Shown here piece by piece: positions 58,865 through 64,000 of a stretch of 64,000 nucleotides of DNA. Numbering within the stretch: the first letter of the stretch is position 1; the number at the start of each line of letters is the position of its first letter. The stretch covers positions 693,223 to 757,222 of the forward strand of contig JAISVX010000003.1 of NCBI GenBank assembly GCA_031271345.1, written 5' to 3'. The notes beneath the pieces were generated by a model, which had not been told where the DNA came from, made no database searches, and saw only the letters and a list, made by a program, of their open reading frames with translations. The position numbers and the translations under genes were made by a program. The DNA is from Lactobacillaceae bacterium (lineage in GTDB: Bacteria > Pseudomonadota > Alphaproteobacteria > RF32 > CAG-239).

Positions 58865-59780
58865 TTTCTTCAAAAAGAAAAAAGACGATGAAATATCCGT
58901 AGACATAAATCCAGAAAAAAAAATGGGGGTAATAAAAAGTATTTTTACCCAGAAAAAGCTTGACGAGCAAACCTTGGAAGATTTGGAAGACCTGCTCATA
59001 ATGTCGGACATGGGATTAAAAGCCGCCAATAAAATCATTATGAATTTTAGCAAGAGAAGAGTTGATAAAAAGTCGACGGACGACGAAATAAGAAAAGAGC
59101 TTGCAATCGATATTGAAAAGATTTTAACGCCTTGCGAAAAGCCTTTTAAGATTGATCAAACCCAAAAACCTTATGTTGTTTTAATGATAGGCGTAAACGG
59201 CGCCGGCAAAACAACAACCATTGGCAAAATCGCCGCAAAATTAAAATCCCAAGGCTTAAAAGTATCTCTAATCGCCGCGGATACATTTAGAGCCGCCGCA
59301 GTTGAACAGCTGGAAGTTTGGGGACAAAGAAACGATATAAGAGTCTTTCATGGCGACAATGGCTGCAACAGCGCCGGGCTGACTTATGATGGCATAAACG
59401 AAGCAATAAAACAGAAAGATGACGTTGTCCTGATTGACACTGCAGGAAGATTGCAAAACAAGACGCATTTAATGGAAGAGCTGAAAAAGATTGTAAAGGT
59501 TATAAAAAAAACACTTCCAGACGCTCCGAACTCTACATTGCTCACCCTTGACGCCACCACAGGGCAAAATGCTCTGGAACAGGTTAAAGTATTTAAAGAA
59601 GCCATGGATATAACGGGGCTTATAGTAACCAAGCTGGACGGCTCGTCAAAAGGCGGCGTATTGATTGCTATCGCGGAAGAGACAAAAACTCCGATTCATT
59701 TTATCGGCTTGGGCGAAGGCATAGAACACCTGACCAACTTCTCTGCAAAAATATATGCAGAGAAGTTAGTTGGGTTTTAG
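58857..59780 (+). CDS. ftsY: signal recognition particle receptor FtsY
   Basis: NG domain GVNGAGKTTTIGKIA, DTAGR, TKLDG motifs; overlaps mtaB-like stop by 8 nt. Confidence 0.9.
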   Translation: MISFFKKKKDDEISVDINPEKKMGVIKSIFTQKKLDEQTLEDLEDLLIMSDMGLKAANKIIMNFSKRRVDKKSTDDEIRKELAIDIEKILTPCEKPFKIDQTQKPYVVLMIGVNGAGKTTTIGKIAAKLKSQGLKVSLIAADTFRAAAVEQLEVWGQRNDIRVFHGDNGCNSAGLTYDGINEAIKQKDDVVLIDTAGRLQNKTHLMEELKKIVKVIKKTLPDAPNSTLLTLDATTGQNALEQVKVFKEAMDITGLIVTKLDGSSKGGVLIAIAEETKTPIHFIGLGEGIEHLTNFSAKIYAEKLVGF

Positions 59781-59818
59781 AGTGTTGATTAAATTAGCCA
59801 TAAAAATCTAATTGAAGG

Positions 59819-60523
59819 TTAAATAACTTCTGACTGTATCAACATGGGTACAGGCATGATTTTGCGGTAATTCTGAAACATGTTGCCGACAAAGACGTAA
59901 CTGTGCGCTTTTGCGTTCAGCATTCTGCCAATTATGCCAAGCATGTGTTTGTAGTAGTAAGGCTTAAAGGGAACGAAACTGTCTAACCGCGCGACAATAT
60001 CCCTCCACTTTCTTTCTCCATTTTCGATTGTAAAGCCGCGTAACTCGACATTATCAATCTCATTGTTGAAGAATTTAGCAGCATCAGCGTAACTCATAGC
60101 AAAAACTCCTCCCACCTCACTTTCCTGAATGTTGTACTCAATGAGCGGCGCTTCGTGATTGATGAGGAAAAGATTGTCAAAGACGTTGTATATCCTGCCT
60201 TCATTGCTAGACTGGCAGATACGATAACCAACGCTGAGGATCTTTTCGTCACTAATGTTCAGCCCGAGTTCTTCTTGTGTTTCGCGAATAATCGTCTCGA
60301 AGGGGGTGTCGCCGACATCGACGCAACCTCCGGCAGATACGCCCAAACGATTGGGGTAGCTCACAATGTCATTACTCCTCAGTTGAAAGATAATTTCTTC
60401 ATCCGAGGTGAAAATCCATGCATGCGCAGACTGGTGCCATAATCCCTCTTCGTACACTTGCCGCAGCGGAGCGGTACCTAAATGCCGAGTGTACGTAGCA
60501 TCAAAAACATCTACTTCTTTCAT
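59819..60523 (-). CDS. NUDIX hydrolase with ~90-aa C-terminal extension
   Basis: Nudix box GGCVDVGDTPFETIIRETQEELGL. Confidence 0.7.
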   Translation of the reverse strand: MKEVDVFDATYTRHLGTAPLRQVYEEGLWHQSAHAWIFTSDEEIIFQLRSNDIVSYPNRLGVSAGGCVDVGDTPFETIIRETQEELGLNISDEKILSVGYRICQSSNEGRIYNVFDNLFLINHEAPLIEYNIQESEVGGVFAMSYADAAKFFNNEIDNVELRGFTIENGERKWRDIVARLDSFVPFKPYYYKHMLGIIGRMLNAKAHSYVFVGNMFQNYRKIMPVPMLIQSEVI

Positions 60524-60926
60524 GGTCGTATTTTTTTTTAAGAATTTATAATATATAGAGAGCGAATAATTAAGAAAGGTAAATATAGGATACCATAAGA
60601 AGAGGTAAACTCAAGTCGTTTTGTCTAAAATAACAGATGATTTTTGCAGTTTTTTGAATGTTAAATTTTGGCGGAAACTCTGCGCTTTAATATTATTTCA
60701 TATAAAAACCTTCATAAGTTTTTTGCATTTTGGCATATCATTCTGCTCTGATAAATAAAGCCTATAAGAACTTTTTCCTATCTGACCGCAATAAAATAAC
60801 TTACAAATAACAAAAGTTTAGCCGCTATGCTCCGATTCGTTTTTTAAAGAAGCTGGTAATAATTTAACTATAACGCTTAACAAAATAAGAAAACGCATAT
60901 AAGATTTCAACCATGAAAGAAATAAA

Positions 60927-62216
60927 ATGCAAGAGATAGAATTAAGAGAATTTACCGTAAGCGAAATATCTTTTGAGATTAAAAGATATGTTGAAAACAC
61001 TTTTAGCTTAGTCAGAGTAAAAGGTGAAATTTTTGGCGCAAAAAAAGCTGACTCTGGTCATTGGTATTTATCCCTTAAAGATGAAAACGCCGTACTTTCC
61101 GCCGTGTGCTGGAAAGGTGTCGCAAGCAGATTTAACTTCAATCCCGAAGACGGTCTGGAGGTTATCGCAACCGGCAAAATAACCACCTTTGCGGGCAAGT
61201 CGTCTTACCAGCTTGTTATTGAACAAATGGAAGTTGCCGGAGCAGGCGCTTTATTAAAGCTTCTTGAAGAAAGAAAACAAAAATTTGCCGCCGAAGGGCT
61301 GTTTGACCAGGCTCATAAAAAGAAAATTCCGTTCCTTCCCAAAACTATCGGCGTTGTAACAAGCGCGAGCGGAGCAGTTATCAGAGACATTATCCACAGA
61401 GTAAGAGACCGATTCCCCAGTCATATTTTATTATGGCCGACGCCCGTACAGGGAGAAGGTGCCGCTTTAAGCATCGCCGCCGCCATTGACGGCTTTAACA
61501 ATCTTCCGCAAAAGCCGGATGTTTTAATAGTAGCCAGAGGCGGCGGAAGTCTTGAAGACCTTTGGGCTTTTAATGAAGAGGTCGTGATAAGATCCGTATT
61601 TAACTCCGAAATTCCCATTATATCCGCGGTTGGACATGAAACCGACACCATGCTCATCGACTATGCTGCGGACGTCAGAGCGCCGACGCCGACTGGCGCG
61701 GCAGAATTTGCCGTTCCCGTAAGAATGGAACTTTTGAACCAGACAAGCAGCTTTGGAGCAAGGATGGCTTCTTCGATAATGAGATTTATTGGGGAAAGAA
61801 AAAATTACTTGACCGGGCTGGCAAGAGGAATTCCCAATCTTTCTCAAATATTGCTGGAAAACCAGCAAAAACTGGATGACAGAATTGAAAGGCTTAACAT
61901 CTCTTTTAAAAGCTTTATACAGAACAAGCAAAACCAAATTACCCTGACAAGATTGTCGCCTTATTATATTTCTAATATTTTTGAGAAAAAGAAAGAGAAT
62001 TTAAACAATTTAAACATTAGACTTGAAAACGTTTCAATCAGCTCTGTGCTAAAGAGAGGATTCGCCTGGATAACTGGAAAAAGCGGCAAAACTATATATA
62101 ATACGGACCAGGCGCAAAACAATCAATTTTTAAACATTCAGTTCATTGATGGAACTGTTAAAACAAAGGTGGTTAATAAAAAAGATGAACTGCAAGCCGA
62201 TTTATTTGATAATTAG
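60927..62216 (+). CDS. xseA: exodeoxyribonuclease VII large subunit
   Basis: OB-fold N-terminus (VRVKGEIFGAKKADSGHWYLSLKD) and catalytic region (ARGGGSLEDLWAFNEE..., SAVGHETD). Confidence 0.9.
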   Translation: MQEIELREFTVSEISFEIKRYVENTFSLVRVKGEIFGAKKADSGHWYLSLKDENAVLSAVCWKGVASRFNFNPEDGLEVIATGKITTFAGKSSYQLVIEQMEVAGAGALLKLLEERKQKFAAEGLFDQAHKKKIPFLPKTIGVVTSASGAVIRDIIHRVRDRFPSHILLWPTPVQGEGAALSIAAAIDGFNNLPQKPDVLIVARGGGSLEDLWAFNEEVVIRSVFNSEIPIISAVGHETDTMLIDYAADVRAPTPTGAAEFAVPVRMELLNQTSSFGARMASSIMRFIGERKNYLTGLARGIPNLSQILLENQQKLDDRIERLNISFKSFIQNKQNQITLTRLSPYYISNIFEKKKENLNNLNIRLENVSISSVLKRGFAWITGKSGKTIYNTDQAQNNQFLNIQFIDGTVKTKVVNKKDELQADLFDN

Positions 62217-63018
62217 TTTTATGATACTTTCGTTTCCCGTAAAAGCGGAAACCGTAAAAATATGCGGAACCTTAGCCCAAGGACAGATTATTACTGGTCA
62301 TGCTCCTAACGCAAAAAAAGTTTTGATAGAAGGCAAAGATATCAAACTGACAAAAGACGGAAAATTCATTTATGCGTTCAGCAGAGACAGCGAACTTCTT
62401 AATAATCTGGAAATAGACTACGGCAGCGGCGAAACAAAAAACTATATCTTAAGCATATCCGAAACAAAATGGGATATACAAAACCTCAAAGGCGTCGAGC
62501 AAAAGAAGGTAACGCCTTCAAAACAGGATGAAAAAGAAATTGCCCGCGAAAGAAATGACATTCGCGCCGCCCAAAACAAAACGACCGAAAATACTTTCTG
62601 GGAAGAAGTTTTTTCTTTTCCCGTTGAAGGAAGAGAAAGCGGCAAATTCGGCGGACAAAGAATTATGAACGGAAGCAGGATGAACCCCCATGCAGGCATG
62701 GATATAGCCGCGATGGAAGGAACCCCCATAAAAGCTCCGGCAGACGGAATTATAACATTAAGCGGACAGGAAAATTATTTTTATTCCGGCAATGTCGTTG
62801 TCATCGACCACGGATATAATCTGTACACAATTTATGCACATATATTGGATACAAAAGTTAATGCTGGCAATAAAGTAAAAAAAGGTGATATACTAGGCAC
62901 TGTCGGTAAGACAGGAAGAGTGACAGGCGCCCATCTGCACTGGGGCGCTTCTTTGAACGATGTGAGATTTGATCCAAAATCTTTGCTAAAAAAAGATGAC
63001 TTATGTATCAATTTATAA
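62185..63018 (+). CDS. M23-family (LytM-domain) peptidase, secreted
   Basis: Signal MNCKPIYLIISFMILSFPVKA; HAGMDIAA...DHG...GAHLHWG zinc-binding motifs; start set at 62185. Confidence 0.75.
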   Translation: MNCKPIYLIISFMILSFPVKAETVKICGTLAQGQIITGHAPNAKKVLIEGKDIKLTKDGKFIYAFSRDSELLNNLEIDYGSGETKNYILSISETKWDIQNLKGVEQKKVTPSKQDEKEIARERNDIRAAQNKTTENTFWEEVFSFPVEGRESGKFGGQRIMNGSRMNPHAGMDIAAMEGTPIKAPADGIITLSGQENYFYSGNVVVIDHGYNLYTIYAHILDTKVNAGNKVKKGDILGTVGKTGRVTGAHLHWGASLNDVRFDPKSLLKKDDLCINL

Positions 63019-63028
63019 AGGTAAAAAA

Positions 63029-63454
63029 ATGAGTGAAACAATAAAACAACAGAAGACAGAGTGGGACAATATCAGATGTCTTGTTGTTGATGATGACCGT
63101 TTCGCAAGAACTTTCATTATCTCGGCATTAAACCATGTTGGATTGGTATATATAAAAGAAGCGGATTCCGCGGACAGAGCAATGGATGTTCTGCAAAACA
63201 ACAAAATTGACATAATCTTCCTTGACCAGCAAATGCCCTCAAAAACCGGGCTGGATTTTATAAGAGATTTAAGAAGCTCAGACAACGAAGAGCTTAAGAA
63301 AACCCCGATAATAATGGTTACAATAGACGCAAAAGAAAAAACCATTCTGGACGCTAAAGAACTTGGCGTTGACGACTATGTCATAAAGCCGATTTCTCCA
63401 TTGGTTTTAAGGAAAAGAATTCGCGATGCATTAGGCTTCAGCCAAGAGGGATAA
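63029..63454 (+). CDS. single-domain CheY-like response regulator
   Basis: REC residues DDD(RF)...D(IIFLDQQMP)...T...K(P); no output domain; start set at MSETIK. Confidence 0.7.
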   Translation: MSETIKQQKTEWDNIRCLVVDDDRFARTFIISALNHVGLVYIKEADSADRAMDVLQNNKIDIIFLDQQMPSKTGLDFIRDLRSSDNEELKKTPIIMVTIDAKEKTILDAKELGVDDYVIKPISPLVLRKRIRDALGFSQEG

Positions 63455-63456
63455 TC

Positions 63457-64000
63457 ATTGAGTACTTTAAATATCTTGTTAATTTCTATTCTGCAGGGAG
63501 CAACAGAGTTTCTTCCCGTAAGTTCTTCTGGACACTTAATTTTATTTTCCAAATTCACCGAGTTTCCCGATCAGGGTCTGGCGATGGATATTGCTTTGCA
63601 TGTCGGCTCGATTATTGCCGTAATGATATATTTCTCCGAAGAACTTTGGATAATGTTCAAAGGACTCTTGAAAACCTATTTTCTGCCAAACTTTAAAAAT
63701 GCGGGAAACAGAACGTTTTACCTTATTTGTATAGCAACCATTCCGGCAGTAATCGCCGGTCTGGTTTTTGCCGAATACGGAACCGAAATAGTACGAAACA
63801 CAAAGCTCATAGGCTGGACAATAATAATATTCGGCATAATCCTTTATATCGCGGATAAAATCGGCTGGACGGTTAAAAAGGTTGAGCATTTAACAATAGC
63901 CGACGCAATAATAATAGGCTTTGCCCAGACGCTCGCGCTAATCCCCGGAACCAGCCGCTCGGGCATAACCATAACCGCGGGAAGATTTCTCGGTCTTGAA
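63457..64000 (+). CDS. uppP: undecaprenyl-diphosphatase (partial, runs off window end); probable TTG start
   Basis: LQGATEFLPVSSSGHLILF signature of BacA/UppP; not in ORF track because no stop within window. Confidence 0.75.

Noticed and set aside
62146-62184. Upstream in-frame Met extending the M23 peptidase into the xseA 3' end
   Set aside because: Signal peptide logic favours MNCKPIYLIISF... (62185) as the start; the extension would place 13 charged residues before the signal peptide.

Overview
AT-rich (roughly 38-40% GC by eye) chromosomal window, almost entirely coding (about 65 genes, both strands), with no CRISPR array, transposase, integrase or prophage signature seen. The gene content fits an alphaproteobacterium with a reduced, possibly host-associated genome; this lineage assignment is inference. 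The evidence is a split F0 ATP-synthase operon with duplicated b/b' subunits (atpI-like, atpB, atpE, atpF', atpF), psd-pssA, homospermidine synthase, a Bat (vWA/TPR/BatD) aerotolerance-type operon, yfgM-bamB-der and acpP-fabF-mltG syntenies, and LPS/envelope genes (kdsB, two MsbA-like ABC exporters, eptA, lgt, uppP). tRNA-modification genes are numerous (tgt, queA, mtaB-like, trmA/rlmD-like, dtd). One tRNA-Leu(UAA) lies at 29410-29496 on the minus strand, and several clean rho-independent hairpins are present. Most notable: (1) a pmrCAB-like module, eptA followed by a translationally coupled CdsA/dolichol-kinase-superfamily small membrane protein (putative CTP-dependent lipid/DAG kinase) and an overlapping OmpR-type RR/HK pair; (2) two convergent, 3'-overlapping genes of unknown function next to tRNA-Leu; (3) a flavin-reductase domain fused to an internally duplicated Arg/Asp/Ser-rich tail; (4) a c-di-GMP pair, one PAS-GGDEF cyclase with intact GGEEF plus a membrane protein whose GGDEF is degenerate (YDKDLF); (5) several conserved-looking hypothetical proteins. 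Start coordinates were refined by eye where the ORF track over-extended. All domain calls come from motif reading, not database searches.
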